Source of the DNA: Vicugna vicugna | Taxonomy: Eukaryota | Assembly (NCBI GenBank): GCA_013265495.1 | Contig: MU058781.1 | Location: 2,210,158-2,274,157, forward strand | Direction: 5' to 3' | Length of the DNA: 64,000 nucleotides | Part shown: in pieces, positions 50,491 to 63,816 of the stretch | Numbering within the stretch: the first letter of the stretch is position 1 | How the letters are laid out: the number at the start of each line of letters is the position of its first letter | Translations under genes and position numbers: made by a program | The notes under the pieces: model-generated | The model's input: the letters and a program-made list of their open reading frames with translations, nothing else | Databases searched by the model: none | Told to the model about the DNA's origin: nothing

Positions 50491-51609
50491 CAGAAACTGC
50501 CCATGTGAAAAATTAGGACATATACATTTTTCACTTGTAACACTTCTGTGAGGATAAAATAAAGTCATGGAGGTCAGAATGACTGTAAATTACATGACAC
50601 ATACAAATATTGTTGTTGGTTTTTTCATCATTTGGTTTGTATTGTTGTTTTCTAACCACGTAGTCTTAGATAGGCAGCTATTACCATCTCCTTTTTAATG
50701 AATGTTTAGTCAGTGTTCATTACAAGTGTTTTGTTGCTTCTCCTTTCTTAAGCTACAGCAACACCAAGGAAGCAGTGTGTGCTTATGTGTGTGTGTTCAG
50801 CGGGAAATGGTTCTGAGGTATTTCTGGTGTTGGAATAGATATTGCACAGTGGCCAGTCATGCAGCAATCAAGGTTTAATTTGGTCCTAGGGACAGTGAAG
50901 CCACAAATAGAAATCTGCAGGCTCATCCCAGCCAAGAGCTTACTATATCTCTGAGAAGTGTGCAGCCGAGTCATCTTTGGGGTGTGGAAAATTTGGGTGA
51001 TCCCCTGCGGGCTTCACATTTGGGGAATTTCCACTGTGACAGCTGCTTCTGGGCTCCTGCTGAGACCAGGTGCTTGGAGCAGTCAAGAAGCAGCAGGTGT
51101 GGGAATAGAGGTGGCATTCCAACTCAATCCAAAAAGACCTGAGGTTCATATTTATATAATCATAGAAAAGGAGTAGAGGATTGAGCAGGTTTCTTGGTGA
51201 CTGTCTTAGTCTTCCCTGAGACTGCCTTCCCTTTTGGGATATTCTGCTTTCTTTCCAAGGACTGACCTTTGTGTCCGTTTTAACCAGATTTCTCCTGTGT
51301 AATGTTAGGTTGGGAAGCCCAAGTACATTTTACTCCAGTGCCCACACCCCAACCCACATGGGACTGTTGACATATCAGTAGACCTGAACATTTTTACCTA
51401 CCACTAGTCATTTGTGCTCTTTACACAATGTGTCTGTAAATGAAGATCTAGAAGAATCTTCTAGGAAAATCAAAGCAGGGTTTATGAATGTACTTGTTAT
51501 TATCACCTGACAATCAGCTTTGTTAAACCATAGACTAACTCAGCACAGTGCTTTGTGCCAAAGCAATCTCAGCAGTCCTCGTAATCATATTAGTTCCCAT
51601 CCAGATCAC

Positions 51610-52410
51610 TCCCCAAGTAAAATGTGCAACATTTATTTGATGAAGTAATCTATATTAAAGTGGAAGAGACTTTGACAGTGTCACTATGTTCATTGTTTAC
51701 TTTCTGCAAATGCTTTCTCACAAGAAGAACAGATTTCCCAGTATTTTCTGTGATTTATTTTTTCACCGCCCCAGCTAATTTGCTGTCATACTAGGTAGAC
51801 AGACAACTTCAGTAGCATCCATCTCCCTACATTTCCGTCTAGACTGAGGAAAAAATATATATGAGCAATCCATGAAAAATAACTAACTTATGAAAGTGTT
51901 TGATTTTAGGAAAATTGAGATTTTTTCAAAAATGGCACAGGACTGGGAGTTAGAAGGTCTGGGAGACAAAAGCTGTTGTCTTGGTTCTGACACTGACTCT
52001 TTGGCCTCATGCAGGTAACTTCTCATCAAGGTCCTCAGCACTCTCCTCTGTAAAGTGAAGAGTTTAGATGATCCTAAGTTCCTTTTTCTCTCTAAACTTT
52101 CTCTAACACCGCATTTTGTGAGTTTCTTTGGCCAGAATTTGACCACGGACCATCCTCCACAGAGGTCAGACCAACGAAACAAATTCTGAGACAGCAGGAG
52201 TTGTTTTGGGCACGTCCAGTAAAAGCTTCAAAGAACCAAGAGTCCTCAAATTAAGCTACCTTTATAACCGTCTTATTAAATTTAAAATATCATTCCCTGT
52301 CCTTTATACCTTCCTATGTTGCTTCTACCCCCTCCCACCAGAAAAAAGAGAAAAGATGAAAAAAGTTATTGTGTTTTCTTCGTCCTCAGTTCTTGGAAAA
52401 TGGCTTCTAG
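51610..52410 (-). other. ADTRP: ADTRP 3' UTR (end uncertain)
   Basis: Follows the TGA. Candidate minus-strand AATAAA hexamers at 51754-51759 and 51632-51637. Confidence 0.55.
51632..51637 (-). terminator. Candidate polyadenylation signal of ADTRP (alternative at 51754-51759)
   Basis: tttatt on + = AATAAA on -, ~780 nt after the stop, followed by G/T-rich sequence on the minus strand. Confidence 0.4.
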
Positions 52411-52445
52411 TCACTTCCTCTTAGAGCTCAGCTGCATCACGTCAC
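52411..52445 (-). CDS. ADTRP: ADTRP terminal coding exon (G)DVMQLSSKRK*
   Basis: Minus strand: polypyrimidine acceptor ctctctgttcttgtttgtgcag|GT GAC GTG ATG CAG CTG AGC TCT AAG AGG AAG TGA. The phase matches the upstream exon (G|GT = Gly), and the length equals the recalled human tail GDMRQPRKKRK*. Confidence 0.9.
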
Positions 52446-54509
52446 CTGCACAAACAAGAACAGAGAGACCTCAGCCTTCCCTAATGGGTATTCTTGTGTG
52501 GGCAGACATTCACCCTGACTTAGAACAGTGGAAAGATGAGGACACTTTTCCCAAGGCAAGAAAATGTACTTTAAAGAGTTCTGAAAAACCACCAGCACTG
52601 CCACAAGGGCAAGAAGGAACACCTCTGCTGCCCCACTTGGTGCTTGGCTCACAGCTGGCCAGCTGACCAACAGTGCTGTTTGCATCTGAGTATCTTATGT
52701 GAGCCACTGATGGCTGTTGCTTTTGGTCATGTGTTTGTTTGCAAGCTGCACACAGTCCATCAACAAACTCTGAGACTCTGCAGATGGAATTAAGGAAAGC
52801 AGATCAAATTAGAAAGTAGGAGAGTGGAAGAGTGTGTATCCACCTAATTAGGAACCATTCTGTGACCTCTCAACAAACCAGCTCATCAGCCTGGCTAGAA
52901 AAGTTATATACTGGCATATTGATTAGTTTTTAATAAGCTTATTAGAGGGGTTTATTCTACTGAAATCATAGCATTAGATTTCTAGAATGACTTCCATTTA
53001 GCCAACAATTGGTATCTCCATATTTAATAATCACAAATCTTTGCATAAGCTTTAAAACTTCTAAAATTTCATTAAAACTCGTTATCCTTCCTGTCTATTG
53101 CCAAACATAGTCAATCCTACTTTGAAACTATTTCAGCTCTGCCTCATCTCATCCATTCTGGATGCTAGAGCCCTGTTAGTCTTGGCTTGGTATTACCACA
53201 GCAGTCTCATGCTCCCAGTTCCATGCTTTACCCTTCGGACCCTGCCTGCTCCGTCAGTTATATCCTTGACAGTAAACTTTAAATATCTTCTAATTTTATT
53301 TTGCTGGGCTCCCCTTCTCAGAGGCTTTGGTGCTAATGATCTCAAATCCTACTGTGACCCCTTCATCACATGAATTTTGACAGTCAGCTCCTAACTACAC
53401 AGCCCTCATGGCCACCCTTGTATTCATGTCTCTCAAAATTTTTAAGCACAGTCCTTTCCTTTCTTCTTCTACTCCTCATCAATCCATACTACGTCCAGTC
53501 ACTTCACTGAAGCCTTGCTGATTCATCCAGCTTTACGTGCTTCATGTTCTTTTCATGTATGCTTCTACTTATTTTTAAATTTTTGATGTGAATTCTCTTT
53601 TCCCCATTAGGTCTTCTCTACATTAGGTCCCTGAGTACAAGTGCAGTATCTTCTCTTTTCTGAAGTATACACTTAGGGCCTTTAATGAATCAGTTTTCAG
53701 ATAACACAGTCATTTTCTTCTGTTCAAGAAGCTTGGTCAGTACAAACTTCTCATATTTGCTCCCCTTGTAGTCATTCTGAGACCACCTAAAACTTTGTTT
53801 ATCCATGTTGTTATCAGCCCCACCAGCATTCCGGGCCTAACTGTAATCCAGACCTCAATTATCCAACCCCAGGTGCCAAGGATTGGAGATTCCTTTTTAC
53901 AGTTAAGAAATAACAGAACACAATGGCTTAGAGGGAACAGCAGAAGCAGGAGCAGAAGTGGTGGTGGGAAGTTCCTCTGGGAGAGGAGAGCAGGTAGCTC
54001 CTTCCACTGGATTGTAGTCTCCCATGTCCAGCACCATGCAGCTAGATGGAGCACTAAGACATTCCCACATGCCACCAATTTGCTGGGGAACACCATCCCC
54101 AAATGGGTTTGTGTGTGGAGCTCCAACAGTCATTTAATTCTGTTAAGACATATATGGTGTGAATACTACAGAAATATTTTTCTTTTGTTTCTAGCAGGTG
54201 GGGATAGGTCCTTAGTCCTGAATTCTCATGGGGCTGAACAGTCTCTAGGCTTCTCTGAGTCTTCAGAATTTATCTCAGACCATGTTTCCACAGTGTATTG
54301 CTGGAGATAAGGGAAGTGTTGACTTAATAATAGAATATATTATCTTACCTGAACAAAATCCACAAAATGGATTTCAAACTCTGATTGGGAAATAGTGTTG
54401 CTTGTTATCATCACTCTTTTCCTCATTGAAGGGAGTCTTTCCAGGTGAAATCCCTTCTAGTTGGTGGTTAGGGAGTTAGGTCCACCCTGATTTCTTCTGT
54501 ATATTTTAG

Positions 54510-57462
54510 TTTTTGTTTTATTTAAGTATACTTGATTTACAGTGTTATGTTAGCTTCAAGTATACAAAATAGTGATTCAGTATTTCTATAGATTGTACTC
54601 CACTTAAAATTATGAAATATTGGTTATATTCTCTGTGCTATATAGCTTTGTGTCTTATTTTATACCTAATAGTCTGTACCCCTTAATCCCCTTTCCTATC
54701 TTAGCCCCTCCTTCCACCCCTTTCCCCACTGGTAACCACTGATTTGTTTTCTGTATCTATGAGTCTTTTTCTGTTTTGTTACTTTTTGTTTGTTTGTTTG
54801 TTTTTTAGAGTTCACATATAAGTGAAAAGATACAATATTTGTCTTTCTTTTTTTGGCTTACTTTACTAGGCATAATACCCTCCAGGTCCATCACTGTTGT
54901 TGTAAATGGGAAATTTTAATTCTCTTTTATAGCTAAGTAATATTGTAGTGTGTGTGTGTATCACACCTTTTTTATCCATTCATCTGCTGGTGGAAACTTA
55001 GATTGCTTCCATATCTTTGCTGTTTAAAATAATGCTACTATAAATACTGGGATTCATATATCTTTTCAAATTAGTGTTTTAATTTTCTTCAGATATATAC
55101 CCAGGAGTGAAATTGCTGGTAGTTCAATTTTTAATTTTGGGGGGAACCAATTTACATTCCCACCAATGTGAGCTAGGGTTTCCTTCTCTCCACATCCTCA
55201 TCAACATTTATTATTTGTTGTCTATTTTGATGATAGCTGTTCTAATAGGTGTGAGGTGATATCTCAGTATAGTTTTGATTCGAATTTCCCTGATGATTAG
55301 TGAGTGATATTGAGCATTTTTTTCATGTGCTTGTTGGCCACCTGTAATTCTTCTTTCACAAAATGTCTTTTCAGGTCTTCTGTCCATTTTTAAATTGAGT
55401 TGTTTGTTTTCTTGATACTGATTTCTATGAACTCTTAACACATTTTGGATATTAACCCCTTATCAGATATAATATTTGCAAATATATTCTATTCAGTAGG
55501 TTGTCTTTTCAATTTTTTTAAATTGAAGCATAATTGATTTATAATGTTGTGTTTGTCTTTTCATGTTGTTAATGGTTTCCTTCACTGTGCCAAAGCTTTT
55601 AAGTTTAATTTGATGTAGTCTCATTTGTTTATTTTTACTTTTGTTTCCCTTGCCTGAGGAGACAGATCCAGAAAAATATTGCTGAGATTTATGTCAAAGA
55701 ATGTACTGCACATGTTTTCTTCTAGGAGTTTTATGGTTTCTGGTCTTATATTTAAGTCTTTAATCCCTCTTGAGTTTATTTTTCCATATGGTATGAGAAA
55801 ATACTCTAATTTCATTCTTTTACATCTAGCTGTCCAGTTTCCCCAGGACTACTTATTGAAGAGACTGTCTTTTCCCCATTGCATATTTTTTCTTCCTTTG
55901 TCATAGATGAATTGACTCTATGTGCGTGGGTTTTTTTCTAGGCTCTATTCTGTTCCATTGAACTATGTGTCTGTTTTTGTGTCAGTATGATGTAACTTTG
56001 GGATCCCTATAATGTGAATGTTAGTACTATCATTATTGTCCCAGAGGTTCCTTAGACTGTTCTAATTTTTTAAAATTTGTTTTCCTTTTTGTTGTTTGGA
56101 TTGGGTGATTTCCATTATTCTATTTTCCAGATTGCTTATGCATTGTTCTGTATCACCTAATCTGCTGATAATTCCCTCTAGTGTATTTTTCATTTCATTT
56201 ATTGTATTCTTCAGCTCTGACTGGTTTTTTTCTGTATTTTCAAGTTCTTTGTTGAAATTCTATGTTTATCTAGTCTTTTCCCCAGTTCACATAGCATTCA
56301 TTACTATTGCTTTGAACTCTTTATTAGGTAAATTATTTGTCTCTTTCATCAGAAACTTATGCTTCTGTCTTCCCATTTTGTTTAACTTTCTCTGTCTGTA
56401 TGAAATCAGATGAAACAGTTGCCTATCCTGGTCTTGCTGTCATGTCCTTGTGTGGGAGCATCCCTGTGCAGTCTATGTGAGTCCAGTGGCTTTGGTGGGA
56501 CAGCTGGATTTGAAGTGAGCATGGCCTGGGGCTTCTCCTATACTCAGTGGCTCTATTGGGAATGGAGTCAGGGCAGAGGCCTGGAGCAGGAGCTCCGAGA
56601 GAGCTGGGTTTCTCCTAGATATGATGGCAGTCTCCATCTTGGTTTAGGACATGGCTGGGGCTTGAGGGCTTGGGACTGCACTTCTGTGCTGGTTTTACTT
56701 TTTCCCCAGTGTGCACCCTTGGTTAGAGGTTGGGTTGGGACCATGCCTCTGATCTGGCCTCATGCCCTCCCTAGTGTGCACAGGGATGTACACTCCAGCG
56801 GTGGTACTCTCCCTCCAGACTGTGGGCAGAGATTCATGAGCTGGTAATGGTTGCCTCCTTCCTAGTCAGAGGGAGGGCTGGAGTCCGAGCCCCCTCCATT
56901 CTCTCCTAGCGTGCACATCCTTGTTGGCAACAGCAGCCTCTGCCTTAAAGAAGAGCAGCGCTGGAGCAAGAGGGGCTGGAGCAGGAGCCTGGTGTAGGCT
57001 GAGGGGCATGGCACACTGGGGCGGTCCCTAGGCAGTTTTCATTCTATGTTGTGATTGGAAGTAAGCAAATCTGTGCATGTGCTCTTCAAGAGCAGAGTCT
57101 CAGTTTCTTACAGCCCTCAGTAAGCCCCACTAGTTTCCAGACAAGCTAAGGGGGCTTATCTTCCCAGTGCCCGACCTCAGGGCTGAGGTGCCTAATACAT
57201 GGCTCAAACCCCTTGCTCCCTAGGGAGGATCCCTGATAGCCCCCTCCTTTTTTGTTTCCCCCACTAGGGGTGTGGATCCTGACTAGATCCCTTCTTCTCC
57301 CCTCCTATCCAACTCCATGTGGATCTTTCTTACAGTCTTGGTTGTAGAATAGCTATTTTGCTAGTCCCCAGGTCAATTTCAGCAAGTCACTCTGTAATTA
57401 GTTGTAGTATTGATGTGTCCATGAAGAGAGATGAACCCAGTGTCATCCCATCTTGACTTCCT
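54510..57462 (-). mobile_element. L1 retaining both 3' end and 5' UTR, with large internal deletions, in ADTRP last intron (same orientation as the gene)
   Basis: Antisense 3' UTR, ORF2 segments (LIIREIRIKTILRYHLTPIRTA; IKDLNIRPETIKLLEEN), an ORF1 piece, a GC-richer 5' UTR and the 5' terminus ccatcttgacttcctcc. Confidence 0.9.
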
Positions 57463-59309
57463 CCTACACTGATTTATCATAGTCCTTTCTTTATCCTCTG
57501 TTAGTACCAAAGATATTTTAAGCCAAACGTTTAATGTTCCTTTTGTGCAGGAGCCAAACATTTTCTGCTGGCATAGTAAGGGAAACCATTCTTTTAATCA
57601 ACATCAGCATATGTAATTATATACCTTATTATTTCAATAGTTGGAACACAGGATAAGTGAGAAAATATTATTCAAAAAGATTTACACGTATGTTTCTACA
57701 ATCACAAAAGCTACTGCTCAACTTTGAACTGAAAATTTGAAGACCATCTGCCTAATTTTAGAGTCTTGGCTTGGAAGAGGGTGAGAAGGCAGATTTTGGG
57801 GGGATATAAGGTGTTAGAAGAATGAGATTTAAGCATTGATGAGCACAAGTCACAGTGCAGAAGTAGGAGGAGTTGATGGCTGGCTGGAGAAACCCTGGTG
57901 GGACAAGAGGCTGAGGAAGAGGGAGAGGTAATAATCCTGAGTGGACTCTCGTTGAGTTTAGGAAGATGAAGTTAGGACAGGAAAGGCAAAAGGGAGATAT
58001 TTTTTTTGTTCTTGACTAAATGCTGCCCAGTGGGACCATTCTTTGTAAATACATGTGGAATCAATTCATGATAATATTCTTTTGTTATGAACTGATCAGG
58101 GACAACATTCAATAAACAGACGTTATAACAGATTTTTTCATGGATAAAACCAAGGTGGTAGACTAGATGGCCTCTAAGCAGCTTTCAACAATAAAATCTC
58201 CTTTAAAAGATTTGGTCTTGAAATAGTATTAAAGGAAGGTTTTAATGTAATTCTGCCCAAGGCACCATCACAAGGTCACTTGGCCAGATTGGGATTTTTT
58301 GCTTATAAACTATCTTTAGGAGGTAAAGTATCTATTGTCTTGGGCCCTGACAAAGGATAGCTTGACCCCTGGCATGTATCCCTCATGTGAATGTAAGGAG
58401 AGGATTCAAGGACTACAGGTAAGCTGACTGCCTCTCTGGCTACACCTGCATATAAGAGGCTCTCCAGTTTGGATTGGAGTCACTTAGCCGCTTTCAGTGC
58501 CTGATGTATCTTTTGGGTTTTTATCTTGTGGGTTGGGTTTTTCTTGCTGATGGACTTGGGTCCTGGTTCAGCATCCTTGTGTCTTATCATGAACAAAAAA
58601 GAAAGTTAAGTACTTAAGTGGCAGAGAAGGGGGCCTATGTTGAGATCCCTTGACAGCCCCTTTCTCCCTATTAGGATGGAAATAATCTGTCTGGAGTATC
58701 CCTGTATGCTTAGACATGGTGGGTCAAATTCGCAGTGATCTGCCAGAGACTGCTTCTCCCTGTTGGCTTCCATCATTGTTTGAAATCAATGTCCCACCTA
58801 ACTCTACATGAAAAGTAGAAATAAGCTCTTTTCTAGTGGGTATCTGGTCCCAAAACTGAGTGCTTGTCCAGCCCTCCGTCCCATGACACATAAAAGCTAG
58901 CAAAGGTCAGAGAATAAGATGGTGACAAGTCAAGCAGGGTGGCCCTCTGGAACTTCTTGAGAGCTCTTTGAGCCAAACACTTTCTTGTAGGGCAGCAGGA
59001 CCTTCCTGCAGGCCTGACAACATTTGTCTCCCCAGTGTAGAGGGCCAGCTCTCTGCATCTATGTACTCCTGGAGAATCTCACACACTTTTCCAAGTTTAT
59101 ATTTGATTCTTCGTATCACTCCCTATTCCCTTCTCACTGTCCTCTTCATTTTCACCCACTGCTGTGACATATGAGGAGGTAGAAGGCAGACATTCAGCAA
59201 CTGTCACCATCATAACCAACACCCTTCTCAGCCCAGCAGGTGGCTTGGGAGAACACCACGTTGGACAAGGATGCTTAGACATAATTATCTAAACTGGGAG
59301 GAGTCTGGC

Positions 59310-59640
59310 AGCATCAGCCTCTCTAGGGCACATGTGGGAAGGGCAAAATCCTAAGCTGCCCTCCATATCTACTGAATGAGAATCTACATTTTAACGTGAT
59401 CCTCATTTTAACAAGATTTGCAGACACATACAAGTTTGAGAAGCACTGTTCTTCTACAGTGAGTGGTTCTTGACCCTGACTGCAAATTAAAATAACTGGG
59501 AAGCCTTTAAAAAATACCCATGCTGAGTCCCCATCTCCATAGACAGATTTAACTGGTCTTGTGTGGACCTGGGAATAAGTATTCTTACAACTCCCCCAGT
59601 GATTCTGTGATGGGCAGTCAGGGTCCAGTACTATTACTAG
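59310..59640. mobile_element. Adjacent MER5-like hAT MITEs
   Basis: ctactgaatgagaatctacattttaac...aagtttgagaagcactg and cagtgagtggttcttgacc...ctcccccagtgattct. Confidence 0.7.
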
Positions 59641-59974
59641 AGAGGTACCCATATATTAGATGGGTCTTGACTAACAGTTCTTGACCATTTGGTACTTGGC
59701 TGGTGACTCCCAGCTGGGCCACACTGTGTACCAGGATTTCAGAAGCAGAGATTTCAATTAATTCTAGCCTCAAATAGCCTGACCTCCTATTTTACTCTGT
59801 TAGTTCTTCAGAAACTGCATCATCTCTGTCAGTTTGCATTCAGTTAGGTAGTTGTTACTTTTAATCACCTTCAGCTGGGAAAACTGGTAATTTATCCATG
59901 AAGTTGAAGGGAAGGATTGGAATATCCACATAGAAAAGGAAACTACTGATTTTTGCTAGAGGAGAATGAAATTA

Positions 59975-60210
59975 GTATTGACTAACCCTATGTGCTAGGC
60001 CCTGTTCTTCACATTTGACAAATCCCATCATTTATGGTCCTCCAGAATCCTAGGGGGAGAGAACTAATATTGTCTCTATGATGTGTAAGAGAAAACTGGA
60101 ACACAAAGCCATCGAGTGCCTTGCCCAGGGTCACAGGTCTATAAATAGTAAGCCCAAGGATGGAATCCAGGCAATCAGGCACAGAACTTTTCTCCTTGAC
60201 CACTGCCTCC
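59975..60210 (-). mobile_element. MIR SINE
   Basis: tatgtgctaggccctgtt...gagaaaactggaacac...cttgcccagggtcacag. Confidence 0.7.
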
Positions 60211-61609
60211 CACTGCATCACCAAAGCACTCCTTTGAATTTCTGCACTCATCCAAGGAAGCTCAGGCTGTGGGAAAAGGTGAGAAGATAGAGTTATCCCT
60301 GCATTTGGACAGAGTAGGTGGCAACTTACGTGTTTCCATAGATTTGTAGATCCAGAACAGATGATTTGGAGAGGGATCAGAAATAGAGGGAGCACACAGT
60401 TTCTTGTCTAAGCCTGGATAGTGTTACACTCTGTGTACACTGGCACAGCAGGCATTGACCAGGACTGTCCTAGGCAAGCTGAGATGTGTGGTTGCCCTTC
60501 TTAGAGATCATCCTTTCACTGAGGAGTTGAAGTGTACTGACACAGGATACATGGTTGGTTCATGGCCAGGTGAGGGACATACCATAGTTTTTTAAAATTC
60601 TGATTCCAATGCTCTTCCCCCTGTTTCATCTCTCTCATCTCTTTTTCAACAACTTTCAAACCATTATACCATGGTATCACCCTCCTATGCTCCTTAAACT
60701 CCCTGTCCAGTCCTTTAATCTCCAGCTATTAGAGTCACTCCTTGACCAGTCTCCAGAACACTTTTGCATAAAATTCCATTTAATACCTAGAGAGAAGAGG
60801 CCTTGATTGTTTTCTGTTTGCATTGATTAATCCATTGGGTAAGACAATGGAAATGGGACTTTAAAGATCTACCCCTTAAGAAACTCAGGGTTTAGTGTAA
60901 AACCAAATTTCTAGGCAGACTAGGGAAGTCTTCCTGGAAGAGGTGAGTTGAAATGAGTGTATGGTGTGAGACAGCCAGAGACTGGGGGAAGTGAGACAAA
61001 GCCCATAGAGGGGAGCCGCGGCATCAATGTGTAGGGAAAACAAGCAGTTAGGTGTTGCTGGGGCACTCATTTAGAAGAAGGAGAGCAAGAGTCAAGACAG
61101 GGACTGAGTCACAGAGACCCTTACGTGCCATTTCAAAGGCTTAGATTTTCACCTGTAATTTGAGGAAAGCCTTACAGTATTTTCCGCAGAAAAGGACATG
61201 AGAAAATGTGTGCACATATATAGTTCTGTTTAGTTTTAGGCAATTTAAGTGTTTACTACCATTGGAATTTTAAGTGATCTAATTTCTCTTTTAATTTTGT
61301 ATTCAACTATTTATAATTAAGATCTTCAAAATTTAACACGTTTATGATCCTATTCTGATGCTGTGTAGGACTTTTTACCTATTCTATCTTAAGGAGTTAA
61401 AAATCTAGAGACAGGAGAGAGACACATAGCCACTTATAGTAGTATCTGTCACTCACATGAACATTCACATACGCATGATGCAAAGGAAGGTCCACACGTT
61501 GATGCTGGCCTGTTTGCTCTTTGGGACTTAATTGGAGTGGAAAATTGGATATAGTACTTAAACAATGAGGCATATTAAACAGAGCTTTGTGTTGAAAATA
61601 GTGATCTCA

Positions 61610-62336
61610 TTTGTGGATTTTTGAATGATAGCCATTCTGACTGGTGAGAGGTGATACCTCATTGTAGTTTTGATTTACAAATGACAAATGCTGGAGAGGC
61701 TGTGGAGAAAAGGGAACCCTCCTACACTGCTGGTGGGAGTGCAGTTTGGTGCAGCCACTGTGGAAAACAGTATGGAGATTCCTCAAAAGACTAGGAATAG
61801 ACTTACCATATGACCCAGGAATCCCGCTCCTGGGCATATATATCCAAAAGGAACCCTACTTCAAAATGACACCTGCACTCCAATGTTCATAGAAGCACTG
61901 TTTACAATAGCCAAGACATGGAAACAGCCTAAATGTCCATCAGCAGATGACTGGATAAAGAAGATGTGGTCTATTTATACAATGGAATACTATTCAGCCA
62001 TAAAAACAGACAACATAATGCCATTTGCAGCAACATGGGTGCTCCTGGAGAATGTCATTCTAAGTGAACTAAGCCAGAAAGAGAAAGAAAAATACCATAT
62101 GAGATTGCTCATACGTGGAGTCTGAAAAAAAAAGAACATAAATACAAAACAGAAACAGACTCACAGACATAGAATACAAACTTGTGGTTGCCAAGGGGGC
62201 AGAGGGTGGGAAGGGATAGACTAGGATTTCAAAATTGTAGAATAGATAAACAAGATTATACTGTATAGNNNNNNNNNNNNNNNNNNNNNNNNNNNNNNNN
62301 NNNNNNNNNNNNNNNNNNNNNNNNNNNNAAAAAAAA
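61610..62336 (+). mobile_element. 5'-truncated L1 with 5' inversion, in ADTRP last intron (antisense to the gene)
   Basis: Inverted segment to 61676, forward ORF2 end and 3' UTR from 61677. Perfect TSD gaaaatagtgatctca at 61594-61609 and 62337-62352. Confidence 0.95.
62269..62328. other. Assembly gap (60 N) within the L1 3' UTR
   Basis: Run of n. Confidence 1.
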
Positions 62337-63816
62337 GAAAATAGTGATCTCAATAATATTAATATAGTGAAAATTTTGTTTTTTAGTTCAGTAGATGTTT
62401 GAAAGTCATTGTAGAATATCAATTTAAACATTAATAATTATCAAACTCAATACAATTGATTTAAAAAGTTATTGTTCTCTAAGCTCTGAGTAATCCCATT
62501 TTTCTCAGCACATTTTCTGCCAAGTTTCAAATGGATTAGTTTCTTCCTTCCTTTTTAAAAAATATAGATTTGGGGAAAGCATCAAAAATCTACCCAGAAC
62601 TTCAAGGAGCCAAAACTAGTTGGAATTAGATGTCAACACATCTGAAATGTCAACACATTTTTTTTCTGGATAATTTCCTGTGATTTGGAATCTTGATTTT
62701 TTTTGAGTAATTTTTAGTATTCCATTTTTAAAGTGTTTGCTTTCAAGGAGGATATTGCCTTTGAGACTTTCTTAACCAGTTAAATTCTCTTAAGAGTAGA
62801 AAATATGTGAAAAAGCCAAGTTGCATGCTTATTTCTCCAGGATCTCAGTCTCCTCTCAGAAATATACACTCTTATACTGAACCTTCTGAAACTGTCTCTC
62901 TTTTTTTTTTTTTCATACACAGGCTTATGTTTTCACACCAGTTCATAGATTGGGCGGAAGATACCACTTCTATTTTGATAGAACAGAATGGCATGTGGGC
63001 GTGTGATGTGGGGGACTGTATGTGACTCTTGCCTTCCTTAGGTACAAAATCAGAGAGGGGTTCCTGCATGTCTCCTAGGTAGGTAAAAAAATCATGGATA
63101 TTTTGAAACCTGACTCTTTGGTGGTTACTTTTCCAAGAAAAAATATTCTGGGAGTAGGATTAGTGGGGGAAGCAGAGAGGAGAGTAAAATCTTGCATTTT
63201 AAAATCAATTAAGTTAAGATTTTTCTTATGAAGAAGCAACGTGGTTCTGCCCACCTATAATTAGAAAGCTTAGCTTACTGACATATTCCTATTGCCTGAA
63301 ACCCCAAGTGAGAATTCCAATCTCAAGTAAGGGTGTGCTTTTACCTAGTAAACAGTTTACTGAAAGTTGAGAAGCAGCCTAATGGGAGACGGGTGGGAAC
63401 TCATCAGGGAAGGCACTGCTGGGGTTGGAAGAGCTGAGAGGGTCATCTGGACACATTTCTTTCAGAGGAAATTTTGACATTTAACAGCTTGTGTCCCTCA
63501 CTTAAGGGAAGGAGACCCTGAGTCCATTTTTTCATGCTGGGAATGGTGACACCTTGCTCTCAGGGTCCTAAGCTCTCTAAACAAGATGATTTTTAGCCTT
63601 AAAGTTAAACAAGGTGTTGTTGGAGAAATGGAGAATATAATTTGATGGGGTCCTTTGAGAAAGTACGAATTCCCCTAGACTTTTCCTTTACCTACTTTCG
63701 ACAAAGGCATCAAACATCATTGTTTCCTGCTTTGGACTAGATTCTCTTGTGTCCAGGAGGAGAAGAGAGAGCATAACTAAGAAGCATTTCTGTAGGTAAA
63801 AGAGAAGTGAACTGAC

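Noticed and set aside
53737..54310. Overlapping 171-aa (+) and 129-aa (-) ORFs in the ADTRP intron
   Set aside because: Non-ATG starts, no recognisable homology and no convincing splice or Kozak context.
62630..62658. Short direct repeat atgtcaacacat x2 (similar 13-bp repeat near 18770-18800)
   Set aside because: Ordinary micro-duplications with no further structure.
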